Assembly: GCA_038902815.1 (NCBI GenBank)
Contig: JBCKNF010000003.1
Coordinates: 26,809 to 90,808, forward strand
Length of the DNA: 64,000 nt
Reading direction: 5' to 3'
Source: Polaromonas sp.
GTDB lineage: Bacteria > Pseudomonadota > Gammaproteobacteria > Burkholderiales > Burkholderiaceae_C
Positions 12,210-22,191 of the stretch are shown here, piece after piece (position 1 is the stretch's first letter; each line of letters starts with the position of its first letter). Position numbers and translations under genes: made by a program. Below the pieces are notes generated by a model. The model was not told where the DNA came from. It was given only the letters and a program-made list of their open reading frames with translations, and made no database searches.

Positions 12210-12247
12210 GAATGTCTTTCTGTTTTCAAAGAACTAACTGAGCACTC

Positions 12248-12352
12248 TAGGGTTTTTGGGGTCAGAGTCCAAATTCATTATGCCTTTGGCACGCCCTCCG
12301 GGTGCGATGCTCTGCATCGTAATGAAATTGGCGTCTGACCCCAATAACCCTA
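12248..12352. repeat. GGGGTCAGA-ended miniature inverted-repeat element
   Basis: TAGGGTTTTTGGGGTCAGA...TCTGACCCCAATAACCCTA with internal hairpins. Confidence 0.8.
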
Positions 12353-12376
12353 TGATGTCAGGCTGTGAGAAACACC

Positions 12377-13978
12377 ATGTCATCAGACCAAAACGCCAAA
12401 AAAAAACCGCTCCAACCCGCTGATTATTTAAAGAAAATTCTCACGGCACGGGTCTACGACGTGGCCGTTGAATCGGCACTGGAGCCGGCCAAAGCCTTGA
12501 GCCTGCGCCTGAAAAACAGCGTGCTGTTAAAGCGCGAAGACCAGCAACCGGTGTTCAGCTTCAAGTTGCGCGGCGCATACAACAAGATGGTGCATTTAAG
12601 CGCTGCCCAATTGAAAAAAGGCGTGATCTGCGCCTCTGCCGGCAACCACGCGCAGGGCGTGGCCATGAGCGCGCAAAAGCTCGGCTGCCGTGCCGTGATC
12701 GTCATGCCTACCAGCACGCCGCAGCTCAAGGTTGATGCGGTCAAAAGCTGGGGTGGTGAAGTGCTGCTGCACGGCGACAGTTACTCCGATGCCCACCTTC
12801 ATGCCGTGACGCTGGAGAAAAAGCAGGGCCTCACCTTCGTCCACCCGTTTGACGACCCGGACGTGATTGCCGGCCAGGGCACGATTGCGATGGAAATCCT
12901 CAGGCAATTGCAGGGGCCGGGCACAGGTTCACAGTCTTCCAGACTTGACGCGGTGTTTGTTGCCATTGGCGGCGGCGGTTTGATCTCAGGCGTGGCCAAC
13001 TACATCAAAGCGGTGCGGCCCGAGATCAAGATCATTGGCGTGCAGATGGATGACTCGGACGCCATGATGCAGTCGGTCAAGGCCAAAAAGCGCATCACCT
13101 TGAATGATGTCGGCCTGTTCTCGGACGGCACAGCCGTCAAGCTGGTCGGCGAGGAAACCTTCCGCATCAGCCGCGAGCTGGTCGATGAATTCATCAGCGT
13201 CGACACCGATGCCGTCTGCGCCGCCATCAAAGACGTGTTTGTAGACACCCGCAGCATTGTCGAGCCCGCAGGGGCGCTGGCTGTGGCGGGGATCAAAAAA
13301 TACGTTGCCAGCCACAAAAAGCAGGGCGAGACCTACGCCGCCATACTGTGTGGCGCCAACATGAACTTTGACCGCCTGCGCTTTGTCGCCGAGCGGGCCG
13401 AGGTGGGCGAAGAGCGCGAAGCGCTGTTTGCGGTGACGATTCCCGAAGAGCGCGGCAGCTTCAGGCGGTTTTGTGAGCTGATCGGCGATTTGCCTCAATC
13501 GTCAGGTGCAGGCCCACGCTCGGTCACTGAATTCAACTACCGCATCAGCGACGGCGCAAAGGCCCACGTGTTTGTCGGCTTGACGACCTCCGGCAAGGGT
13601 GAGAGCACAAAAATCGCGGCAAATTTCTCCCGCCACGGCTTCAAGGCGCTTGACCTCACGCATGATGAATTGGCCAAGGAACACATACGGCACATGGTGG
13701 GCGGACACAGCGCGCTCTCAAAAAATGAGCGTCTGCTGCGCTTTGTGTTTCCCGAGCGGCCAGGCGCGCTGATCAAATTTTTATCCGGCATGCAACCGGG
13801 CTGGAACATCTCGCTGTTCCACTACCGGAATCAGGGCGCCGACTACGGCCGGATTCTGGTCGGTTTGCAGGTGCCCAAGGCCGACAGCAAGGCCTTCAAG
13901 AATTTTCTGGATACCCTGGGCTATCCGCATGTTGAAGAAACTGCAAACCCGGTGTACCGGTTGTTTTTGCAGCGCTGA
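12377..13978 (+). CDS. ilvA: Threonine ammonia-lyase, biosynthetic
   Basis: FSFKLRGA PLP lysine, SAGNHAQG, two C-terminal ACT-like domains. Confidence 0.96.
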   Translation: MSSDQNAKKKPLQPADYLKKILTARVYDVAVESALEPAKALSLRLKNSVLLKREDQQPVFSFKLRGAYNKMVHLSAAQLKKGVICASAGNHAQGVAMSAQKLGCRAVIVMPTSTPQLKVDAVKSWGGEVLLHGDSYSDAHLHAVTLEKKQGLTFVHPFDDPDVIAGQGTIAMEILRQLQGPGTGSQSSRLDAVFVAIGGGGLISGVANYIKAVRPEIKIIGVQMDDSDAMMQSVKAKKRITLNDVGLFSDGTAVKLVGEETFRISRELVDEFISVDTDAVCAAIKDVFVDTRSIVEPAGALAVAGIKKYVASHKKQGETYAAILCGANMNFDRLRFVAERAEVGEEREALFAVTIPEERGSFRRFCELIGDLPQSSGAGPRSVTEFNYRISDGAKAHVFVGLTTSGKGESTKIAANFSRHGFKALDLTHDELAKEHIRHMVGGHSALSKNERLLRFVFPERPGALIKFLSGMQPGWNISLFHYRNQGADYGRILVGLQVPKADSKAFKNFLDTLGYPHVEETANPVYRLFLQR

Positions 13979-13988
13979 GGGCTTTATC

Positions 13989-14888
13989 ATGACCACCAAT
14001 CTGGACGGACAACTCGTTGTAGCGATTTCATCGCGCGCGCTGTTTGACCTTGAAGAAGAAAACCAGGTTTTCGAGCAGTCCGACGACCGCGCCTACATGA
14101 AGCTGCAACTCGACCGGTTAGAGCAACCCGCCAAACCGGGCGTGGCGTTCTCACTGGTTAAAAAGCTGCTGGCTTTTAATACCGACATCAAACGCGTAGA
14201 GGTCGTCATGCTGTCGCGCAACGACCCGGTGTCAGGCTTGCGAATATTCAAATCAGCCGAGGTCCATAAACTGCAGCTGGAGCGTGGCGTGTTCACAAAA
14301 GGTCGACCACCCTACGACTACCTCAAAGCACTACAGGCGAATTTATTTTTGTCAGCCAACCCCGATGACGTGCGGGCTGCGCTGGATGCGGGTTTTGCGG
14401 CAGCTACCGTGGCCACCCATTCGGCGCACGCGAAAAACACCTACCCCAACGAAGTGCGTATCGCGTTTGACGGCGATGCGGTGCTGTTCTCAGACCAGGC
14501 CGAGCGTGTGTTTCAAAAAGATGGGCTTGATGCCTTTCAAAAACATGAGAGAAAACTGGCCGGTAAACCATTGCCACCTGGCCCCTTCAAGCCGCTGCTG
14601 ACAGCCCTGCACCGCCTGCAGCAGGCGGGCACACCGCGTATGCGCATACGCACCGCACTGGTCACAGCGCGCAGCGCACCAGCCCATGAGCGCGCCATCC
14701 GCACGCTGATGAACTGGAACATTGAAGTTGATGAAGCCATGTTTCTGGGCGGCCTGGCCAAGGGTGAATTTTTGCGTGAGTTCGAACCCGATTTTTTCTT
14801 TGACGACCAGACCGGGCATGTCAACGCGGCAGCCCAGCACGTACCGTCAGGCCATGTGGCCAGCGGGGTTTCAAATAAATTGTCATAA
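13989..14888 (+). CDS. 5'-nucleotidase
   Basis: AISSRALFD, IAFDGDAVLF, FFDDQ. Confidence 0.9.
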   Translation: MTTNLDGQLVVAISSRALFDLEEENQVFEQSDDRAYMKLQLDRLEQPAKPGVAFSLVKKLLAFNTDIKRVEVVMLSRNDPVSGLRIFKSAEVHKLQLERGVFTKGRPPYDYLKALQANLFLSANPDDVRAALDAGFAAATVATHSAHAKNTYPNEVRIAFDGDAVLFSDQAERVFQKDGLDAFQKHERKLAGKPLPPGPFKPLLTALHRLQQAGTPRMRIRTALVTARSAPAHERAIRTLMNWNIEVDEAMFLGGLAKGEFLREFEPDFFFDDQTGHVNAAAQHVPSGHVASGVSNKLS

Positions 14889-14917
14889 GCCTGAATAAAT
14901 TGAAGTAGCGCAACTAA

Positions 14918-16537
14918 ATGGCAGAAACTATTCCCGGCGAAACGCCCATCGCCGAACCACCCCTGGAGCCTGTAGCAGCCTGGGACCCCATGAAGCGTCC
15001 GGTGTTCAGAATGCTCTGGACCACCTTGCTGGTGGCCAACACCTGCATGTGGATGAACGACGTGGCTGCAGCGTGGCTGATGACCTCCATGACCACCTCA
15101 CCGATCTGGGTAGCGCTGGTGCTATCGGCATCGACCCTACCGATGTTTCTGCTCGGCCTGCCCAGCGGGGCGCTGGCCGATATTCTGGACCGCAGGCGTT
15201 ACCTCATCTTCACGCAGTTCTGGATGGCGGTGGTGGCCACGCTGCTGGGCGTGATGGTGGTGTGGGGGCAGATGACACCGCTGCTGCTGCTAATGTTGAC
15301 CTTTGCCAACGGCGTTGGCCTGGCGATGCGTTTGCCAGTGTTTGCAGCCATCATGCCCGAACTGGTACCGCGCCGCGAGTTGCCCGCCGCGATGGCCTTA
15401 AACGGTGTGTCGATGAATTCCTCACGCATCATCGGGCCACTGGCTGCGGGCGCACTGATTGCCAGCGCTGGCACCGAGTGGGTGTTTGTGCTCAATGCGG
15501 TGTTGTCGGTTGTCTCGGGCTTGCTCATCATGCGCTGGCGGCGCGAGCATGTGCCCAGCCCGCTGGGGCGCGAACGGCTGGTCAGCGCCATGCGGGTCGG
15601 TATGCAGTTTGTGTGGCAATCGAATCGCCTGCGCGCCGTGCTGCTGCGCGGGTCGCTGTTTTTCTTTCATTCAACCGCTTTGCTGGCCATGCTACCGCTG
15701 GTGGCGCGCCAGTTGCATGGCGGCGCGGGCACCTTCACGCTGCTACTGGCATCGATGGGCGTCGGGGCGATTGTGGCGGCGCTCAATCTCACGCGCTTGC
15801 GCCAGTTGATGCCGCGCGACACATTGGTGCTGCGCGCCACCATACTGCAATCGCTGTCAACCGTTGCCGTGGCGCTGGCACCCAACGCCTGGGTGGCGGT
15901 ACCCGCCATGCTGCTTAACGGTGCGGCGTGGATCACCTGCGCCAACTCCCTCACCATGTCGGCCCAGCTTGCCCTGCCCGACTGGGTGCGGGCGCGCGGC
16001 ATGTCGATGTACCAGATGGCCATCATGGGGGCCAGCGCGGCTGGCGCAGCGCTATGGGGCCAACTGGCAACCCTGAGCAATATCCAGGTCGGCCTGCTGG
16101 TAGCAGCCGTCAGCGGCACAGTCACCATGCTGCTGGCCCAGTACCACGTGGTCGACCTGAGCATTGAAGAAGACCTGACCCCTTCACGCGAATTCAAAGT
16201 GCCGGTGGCCGATGCACCGCCCGTCACAGGTCATGTAGTGGTGACGATTGAGTACATCATCGACCCCGCACGCGCTGAAGAGTTTCGAGCCCTGATGCAA
16301 GAGAGCCGCCGCAGCCGCCTGCGCCAGGGCGCGCTTGAGTGGGCCTTGCTGCGCGACATAGGCCAGCCGGAACGCTACCTAGAGCAAATCACCGACGAGT
16401 CATGGACAGAACACCTGCGCCGCTTTGACCGCGTGACCGCCAGCGACGTAGCCCTGCGCGAACGCAAGCTGGCCTTTCACACCCCCGAAGAGCCGCCGCA
16501 CATCACGCGCCGCGTGATGGAGGATGTTCGGGCTTGA
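14918..16537 (+). CDS. MFS transporter (MFS_3 type, C-terminal soluble domain)
   Basis: GALADILDRR, many TM segments, SWTEHLRRFDR tail. Confidence 0.88.
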   Translation: MAETIPGETPIAEPPLEPVAAWDPMKRPVFRMLWTTLLVANTCMWMNDVAAAWLMTSMTTSPIWVALVLSASTLPMFLLGLPSGALADILDRRRYLIFTQFWMAVVATLLGVMVVWGQMTPLLLLMLTFANGVGLAMRLPVFAAIMPELVPRRELPAAMALNGVSMNSSRIIGPLAAGALIASAGTEWVFVLNAVLSVVSGLLIMRWRREHVPSPLGRERLVSAMRVGMQFVWQSNRLRAVLLRGSLFFFHSTALLAMLPLVARQLHGGAGTFTLLLASMGVGAIVAALNLTRLRQLMPRDTLVLRATILQSLSTVAVALAPNAWVAVPAMLLNGAAWITCANSLTMSAQLALPDWVRARGMSMYQMAIMGASAAGAALWGQLATLSNIQVGLLVAAVSGTVTMLLAQYHVVDLSIEEDLTPSREFKVPVADAPPVTGHVVVTIEYIIDPARAEEFRALMQESRRSRLRQGALEWALLRDIGQPERYLEQITDESWTEHLRRFDRVTASDVALRERKLAFHTPEEPPHITRRVMEDVRA

Positions 16538-16564
16538 AAACTATTTCACCTTTGGCTTAAAAAA

Positions 16565-18763
16565 TTAAAGCTTGGCTAGCTCGGCCCGCATCTCATCAAC
16601 TGACAATATTTCCGACAGTACAACCGGTGCGCGGCCTGGTTTGTAAATCACATATACCGGCACGCTGCTGCGACCCAGTTGACTTAATGCCGCAGTGACT
16701 GCCGGGTCACGGCGCGTCCAGTCGGCGCGCAGCAAGGCGACTTTTTTATCGGCGAAGTCGGCCAGCACGGAGGCGTTGGACAACGTGGTTATCTTGTTGT
16801 ACTGGCATGTGACGCACCAAGCGGCGGTGAAGTCTACAAATACGCTCTGCCCCTGGGCTGTGAGCTGCTCGACCCGGCCCTCTTCCCAGGCTTGCCAGGC
16901 TTGCCCGCCGCTGCTGGTCAACTGGGCGGTGGGCGGACCATCTTGCAGCTTGACCACATTCGGCCCCAACGACCACAGCGCTAAAGCCAGCATCAACACG
17001 CTGATACTTGCCAAAATAAGCTGTGGCCGACCTTTGAGCGTGAAGGCCCAAACGCACAGCGCCAGCAACAGCAGCAGCGCCAGCAATGTACCCGCACCGT
17101 CGATGCCGCTTTGCTGACCCAGCACCCACACCAGCCAGACGACCGTTGCAAACATGGGGAAAGCCATTAACTGTCTAAAAGTAACCATCCAGCTACCTGG
17201 GCGCGGCATCGCGCGCGCCACCGCCGGTATCACGCTGGCAGCCAGGTAGGGCAGCGCCATACCGACACCAATGGCACCGAACACGGCCAGCGCCTGCACC
17301 GCTGGCAAGCCGATGGCGTAGCCAAGCGCTGCGCCCATGAAAGGCGCGGTACAGGGCGAGGCAATCGCAGTGGCCAGCACGCCCGTCAAAAACGAATCCA
17401 TGGTCGGATTTTTGACCCGAAAATTCGCCAAGCGACCGGGCAGAAAACTGCCAAACTCAAACAAGCCCACCAGGTTAAGGCCAATCAAGGTAAACAGTAC
17501 CGCCAGCACCGCCACCACCGCCGGGCTTTGCAACTGAAAACCCCAGCCCAGTGACTCACCCGCCGCACGCAGGCTAAGGAGCAAAGCGCCCAGCGCCAAA
17601 AACGACAGCACTACACCAGCGCTGTAAGCCAGCCCGGTGCGCACCCGCACGGCTTGATCTTTGACCTGCACAAAGCCGACCACCTTGATGGCGAGTACCG
17701 GAAACACGCAAGGCATCAGGTTCAAAATCAGACCGCCGATAAAAGCCCCGAGCAGCACGGCCAGCAGGCCAAACGGGGGGGCATTGGCCTGTATGGGCGC
17801 AGCACCCGCAGCAGCATTGGCCTTGAGCGCGGCCCCCAGTGCAGGCGGCAACACCGCAACAGCGGCCACCTTGGGCCACTCGCCTTTGACCGGTGCTTCA
17901 ATCCGGTAAGCAACATTTTCAACCGCAACCACCAGCGGCATGACGGCAGGGCTTTCGGTGCGCTGGCTTGACAACGGCAGTTGTGCTGTCCAGACACTAC
18001 CCTGCCAGGCCTGCTGCCATGCGGCGGCAGGTTCAATCACGCTGCCGATTTCAGGAAATAGCGCCAGCGTTTTGCCCTGTAGTGCAGCGGGCAGGCCGCT
18101 CAAACTGACCTTGATGCTGTTTGTAGATAGGGCTGCAACGTCAATCTGGCTGCTGCCCACAGGCAGGGGCTTGGGTGTGGCATCAAATGTGGCCTGAAAT
18201 AATTTGCTGTTCATGCCGGTCGAGCTTTTGACCGGAATGCTCAAGGCAAACTCGCCTTCTTGCGGAATGCATTCCTTGTGGCAGATCAGCCAGGCGGCTT
18301 TCAGTTTGACGTTGAGTTGCGAGGCCGTGAAGTTGACGGCCACCGTAACCGGCACGGGCAAAAGAATGGTGTTTTCATAGCCATAGTTGAGCAGCGTGCC
18401 AAGCCGGATTTTCTTCGGCGTGGGCCAGGCAATGTCACCCGCCGTGATGCCTGCTGGCAATTGCCACTCCAGCACTGTCGGCAAGCCGGAATCACCCGAG
18501 TTTTTCCAGTAGGTGTGCCACTCGCTCTGGTGGTCAAGCCGCAAACCCAGCCAGACCTGCTTGCCAGGTTCAATGCCATCAGGTGCCCAGGCCAACAATT
18601 CAGCCCGCACCTGATCGGTGGTGACGACGCTGCTGGCCGCTCCAACACCTTTTTTGAACCGATCAAAGCTGATAGTTTGGGCTGTAGCCCCATTAAACAG
18701 AGCGCAACCAGCTATTAAAAGCGTAGCAACCATTGGCGTAGATAAAAAGCGTTTTAGGTTCAT
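16565..18763 (-). CDS. Protein-disulfide reductase DsbD family
   Basis: WHTYWKN, CHKEC, LNLMPCVFPV, SPCTAPF, WCVTC. Confidence 0.9.
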   Translation of the reverse strand: MNLKRFLSTPMVATLLIAGCALFNGATAQTISFDRFKKGVGAASSVVTTDQVRAELLAWAPDGIEPGKQVWLGLRLDHQSEWHTYWKNSGDSGLPTVLEWQLPAGITAGDIAWPTPKKIRLGTLLNYGYENTILLPVPVTVAVNFTASQLNVKLKAAWLICHKECIPQEGEFALSIPVKSSTGMNSKLFQATFDATPKPLPVGSSQIDVAALSTNSIKVSLSGLPAALQGKTLALFPEIGSVIEPAAAWQQAWQGSVWTAQLPLSSQRTESPAVMPLVVAVENVAYRIEAPVKGEWPKVAAVAVLPPALGAALKANAAAGAAPIQANAPPFGLLAVLLGAFIGGLILNLMPCVFPVLAIKVVGFVQVKDQAVRVRTGLAYSAGVVLSFLALGALLLSLRAAGESLGWGFQLQSPAVVAVLAVLFTLIGLNLVGLFEFGSFLPGRLANFRVKNPTMDSFLTGVLATAIASPCTAPFMGAALGYAIGLPAVQALAVFGAIGVGMALPYLAASVIPAVARAMPRPGSWMVTFRQLMAFPMFATVVWLVWVLGQQSGIDGAGTLLALLLLLALCVWAFTLKGRPQLILASISVLMLALALWSLGPNVVKLQDGPPTAQLTSSGGQAWQAWEEGRVEQLTAQGQSVFVDFTAAWCVTCQYNKITTLSNASVLADFADKKVALLRADWTRRDPAVTAALSQLGRSSVPVYVIYKPGRAPVVLSEILSVDEMRAELAKL
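18661..18729 (-). repeat. GCTA...ATAGC-type repeat encoding the DsbD signal-peptide region (copy 3)
   Basis: Minus strand TTGCTACGCTTTTAATAGCTGGTTGCGC...GGGCTACAGCC = VATLLIAGCALFNGATAQ. Confidence 0.6.
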
Positions 18764-18807
18764 GATTGGGTAGTCTGAGCAGGCGGCGATGGTATTAGTT
18801 CCGTGGA

Positions 18808-18907
18808 GGGTTTTTGGGGTCAGAGCCCAAATTCGCCGAGCCTTTGGCTCGCCCGTAGGGTGCAGTGCTTGCACTGCAGCGAAATTGGTGTCTGACCCCA
18901 ATAACCC
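18808..18907. repeat. GGGGTCAGA-ended miniature inverted-repeat element
   Basis: GGGTTTTTGGGGTCAGA...TCTGACCCCAATAACCC; interior similar to the copies at 12248 and 57568. Confidence 0.8.
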
Positions 18908-18981
18908 GAACTCCGATAATAGGATCATGCCGTACACCGCTTCCGTCATTGCCCCCGCCGCATAAATCAGGTAAAAACACC

Positions 18982-19830
18982 ATGACAAGCTCTGCAAGCA
19001 CACCACCTTCAAATCGTTTTTGGGCTGACCTCAAAAGCCCTGACTTCGCCAAGCTCGACTTAGAGCGCAGCATCGCGGTGCTGCCGGTTGCGGCGATTGA
19101 GCAGCACGGCCCGCACCTGCCGCTCAATGTCGATGCCACGCTGGTCGATGGCGTGATGGCCGCCAGCCTGCCCCATCTTCCAGCAAATTTATCGGTGCTG
19201 TTTTTGCCAACCCAGTCGATCGGCCTGAGCCCTGAACACACCCGCTTTGCCGGCACGCTGACACTCAAGGCAGAAACCGTCATACGCCTCTGGACAGAGA
19301 TTGCCGAATCGGTCGCGACCACGGGTATCAAAAAACTGGTGCTGCTTAATTCACACGGCGGCCAGGTCGGTTTGCTCGATGTGGTGGCGCGTGACCTGCG
19401 GACACGACTAGGCATGTTGGTCTACAGCGTGAACTGGTTCAACCTGCCGCTGGCAGACGGCAAGGGCGGTTCTGTGGGCGATCTGTTCAGTGCCGACGAG
19501 CACCGCTTCGGCATTCATGCGGGAGAGATTGAAACCTCGATGATGCTGGCCCTCAAGCCTGAGCAGGTCGATATGGCGAAGGCACAAAATTTCCACTCCA
19601 CCTCGCAAGACCGGGCGCAAAAATTCAGCATCCTTGGTGATGGCCGCAGTGCCAAGCTGGGCTGGCAAATGCAGGACTACAACCCGCATGGCGCAGTCGG
19701 CAACGCCGCTGCCGCAACGCCCGAGAAAGGCCAGGCCTTGCTGAACGCTGCGGGCCGCAGCTTGGCACAGTTGCTGGTTGAGGTGGACCAGTTGCCCGCA
19801 GGCACACTGAGCAGCAAGATTGCGTTTTAA
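18982..19830 (+). CDS. Creatininase family protein
   Basis: EQHGPHLP, SPEH, NSHGG, HAGEIETS. Confidence 0.9.
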   Translation: MTSSASTPPSNRFWADLKSPDFAKLDLERSIAVLPVAAIEQHGPHLPLNVDATLVDGVMAASLPHLPANLSVLFLPTQSIGLSPEHTRFAGTLTLKAETVIRLWTEIAESVATTGIKKLVLLNSHGGQVGLLDVVARDLRTRLGMLVYSVNWFNLPLADGKGGSVGDLFSADEHRFGIHAGEIETSMMLALKPEQVDMAKAQNFHSTSQDRAQKFSILGDGRSAKLGWQMQDYNPHGAVGNAAAATPEKGQALLNAAGRSLAQLLVEVDQLPAGTLSSKIAF

Positions 19831-19887
19831 AACGCCAAAAACAGCAAAAAGCAGTTCTGCGAGCTGCCCATCAGCAAGCAGCGCGAT

Positions 19888-20898
19888 CTATCGCCCTAGG
19901 CTCCACGACATCGCAGCCACGTTCAAAAGCCATTCCGGCAGAGGCAGAACCTTGGCGATGGCGTCTGTGCTGACCGAGAGCAGCAGCGCGCCAAACAGCG
20001 ACACAAGCGTACCCACAAGCAGGCGCGTGCTGAATACTTCGTGCTCGCGGTTTAAAAGCCAGCTGAACAACATGCGAAACAACAAAGACAGCCGCTGGAT
20101 TGGGGCGACCACCGAGACCGGCGCCATCGAGAGCGCAAGATAGCGCAACATTTGCGACAGGCCGACCAAAAGGCCTGCAGCACAGAACCATTTAGCGTTG
20201 GCCGCCGAAACTTTGCGCACGTCGGCGACCTGTCCGGTGACGATAACGACGAACAAGACGACGAGGCTGGCTGCGCCGTAAGAGATCATGCCGCCTGCAA
20301 GGCTCGCGCCTGGACTTGCGTTCTCAAGCGCCGAGCGAATGAGGATGGGGCTTGTGCCATAGCCCAGCGCCGACAGGCCGGCGAAGAGATAACCCTCCGC
20401 GTAAAGCGGCTTGAAAGCGGGCTTCGTCTTCTTGTCCGGGGTCGGTTCCTCACTGGGCACCAGCGCTTTCTTCTTGCCGATCTGGACAGCAAGCGCTGGC
20501 CCCATCAGCACCAGCACAATGCCGAGCGCCATCAACGGCGTGATCGCCTCGCCAAGCACAAGGACGGCGAGCGCCAACGCGATCAATACGCTGGATTCCT
20601 GCAACGGTCCGGCAAGATTCGAACCGATCGCTTTGACCGCGCGATAATTACAATAGCGGCCCCAAACAAAATGTACGATTCCCGCCAGTGCCAGAAAACC
20701 GTAAGAGCGCCATGAAAAATCAAATAGCCAGCCAAGACTGGACGCGGCTGCCGCGCCCAGGAAAAACATCGGAACGCCAATCGGCACCGTAATCGAAAGC
20801 GCCTGCACTACAGACCCTGTCAGCACACCACGCCGGGTAAACGTGTTGTTCAAAGCAAACGTGGCGGCTGAACATAAAGCGAGAAAGGCACCAAGCAC
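19888..20898 (-). CDS. EamA/DMT family transporter
   Basis: Two EamA halves, about 10 TM segments. Confidence 0.8.
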   Translation of the reverse strand: MLGAFLALCSAATFALNNTFTRRGVLTGSVVQALSITVPIGVPMFFLGAAAASSLGWLFDFSWRSYGFLALAGIVHFVWGRYCNYRAVKAIGSNLAGPLQESSVLIALALAVLVLGEAITPLMALGIVLVLMGPALAVQIGKKKALVPSEEPTPDKKTKPAFKPLYAEGYLFAGLSALGYGTSPILIRSALENASPGASLAGGMISYGAASLVVLFVVIVTGQVADVRKVSAANAKWFCAAGLLVGLSQMLRYLALSMAPVSVVAPIQRLSLLFRMLFSWLLNREHEVFSTRLLVGTLVSLFGALLLSVSTDAIAKVLPLPEWLLNVAAMSWSLGR

Positions 20899-20948
20899 GA
20901 TACGATCTCCACTTTATGTTCAACAGTTCACGAGCAGAAAACCAACGC

Positions 20949-21100
20949 CTATTCCATGAACTTGCGCGCGATCTCCACGGCTTCCGACGGCGTGTTCTGG
21001 ATTGCTGAAGCAATCTCGGCAGCCTTCTCGCCGATGATCGGATCCATATCCATCTTCAGCTTGCGGGCGAAGTCGTCGAATTCAGAATCCTTCATCATAT
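20949..21100 (-). pseudogene. C-terminal fragment resembling a tripartite tricarboxylate transporter (TctC/Bug) binding protein
   Basis: MMKDSEFDDFARKLKMDMDPIIGE...TPSEAVE; the 5' side ends near the REP at 21138. Confidence 0.5.
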
Positions 21101-21137
21101 CGAGACGGATAGGAAATTCAACCGCATGAGGCCAAGG

Positions 21138-21168
21138 AGGGTTATTGGGGTCAGACGCCAATAACCCT
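21138..21168. repeat. GGGGTCAGA palindromic REP (short copy)
   Basis: AGGGTTATTGGGGTCAGACGCCAATAACCCT. Confidence 0.75.
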
Positions 21169-21223
21169 TCGAGCACCGCACAACGCAGCAATTCGTCCGA
21201 AAAATGAATTTATAGAAATGCCC

Positions 21224-21892
21224 TTATGAATAAGTAATCCACGTCGCATGTTCGGGCGCATCTAAGTGCGGCAGCGTGTTGTAGGTCACCAGCATGTGGC
21301 GCTTGGGGGTGAAGGCGAACTCGGTGACCGAACAGTTGCGTATGCGCAGGTTCAGCTCAATCGTGGTCTCAGGGCTGCAACCCAGCACATGGCCGACTGC
21401 GGTGGCTATCGGCCCGCCGCTGGAGACCAGCAGCACATTGCCTTTATAGGTCTTGCGAATGTGATCCAGTGCATCGGTCACGCCCGCTACAAAGTCCGTG
21501 TACTCGGGCATTCCCCGCGGGCTGACCAGAGCGGCCATCCACTGCTTGAGCCCGTCTTTCAACAGGCGAAAGTGGTGGTGGACCATCTCGGGCGTGGTGG
21601 CCTTTTCAAGCTTGTGCGGGTGAATGGCGGCAATCACGGCTTCGCTGTCGTATTCGTTAAGGCCCGCAAACTGCGTGGCTTGTAGCGACAGGCCGGCACC
21701 GGCACAAATCCCTTCGAACGTTTTGACCTGCCTCTGCAATGTGCCAGTGAATGCCGCGTCAAAGCGGATGCCCTTGTATTTGAAATACTCGCCCAGCCGC
21801 AGCGCCTGACGGTAGCCTAGATCACTGAGCACGTCATAGTCATCAGCGCCAAACGAAGCCTGGCCGTGGCGGACGAGGTAGAGGGTTCCCAT
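21224..21892 (-). CDS. Histidine phosphatase family protein
   Basis: LYLVRHGQASFG. Confidence 0.9.
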   Translation of the reverse strand: MGTLYLVRHGQASFGADDYDVLSDLGYRQALRLGEYFKYKGIRFDAAFTGTLQRQVKTFEGICAGAGLSLQATQFAGLNEYDSEAVIAAIHPHKLEKATTPEMVHHHFRLLKDGLKQWMAALVSPRGMPEYTDFVAGVTDALDHIRKTYKGNVLLVSSGGPIATAVGHVLGCSPETTIELNLRIRNCSVTEFAFTPKRHMLVTYNTLPHLDAPEHATWITYS

Positions 21893-21954
21893 AGGTGAAT
21901 TGTGCTCGGAAGTGCACGGGCCAGCGGTCTATTTTGCGACTGGTGTGCAACACG

Positions 21955-22055
21955 GCATCGTCAAGGCCACTGCCATCGAGCACCACAGCCAGCGGGTTGC
22001 CGTAGTAGGGCGTACTGGTGAAGACATCAATTTGTTTGCAGGCGCGTTGCTTCAT
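21955..22055 (-). pseudogene. PhzF family N-terminal fragment
   Basis: MKQRACKQIDVFTSTPYYGNPLAVVLDG, after which similarity is lost. Confidence 0.7.
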
Positions 22056-22191
22056 GTCAGTGCCAAGTCCAGCACGCCCTTGTGTTTGCCGCTCATGGCA
22101 GGTTCCCCTTGAAAACATCGGCCAGCGCGGCGATGCCGATGTTGATTGGATCTCGCGGATAAACGAAGGGTTCATTTTATCGACAGTGTAG

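Noticed and set aside
16565-18763. DsbD and the 24276 thioredoxin as SoxV/SoxW
   Set aside because: Far from sox and from each other; generic family motifs only.
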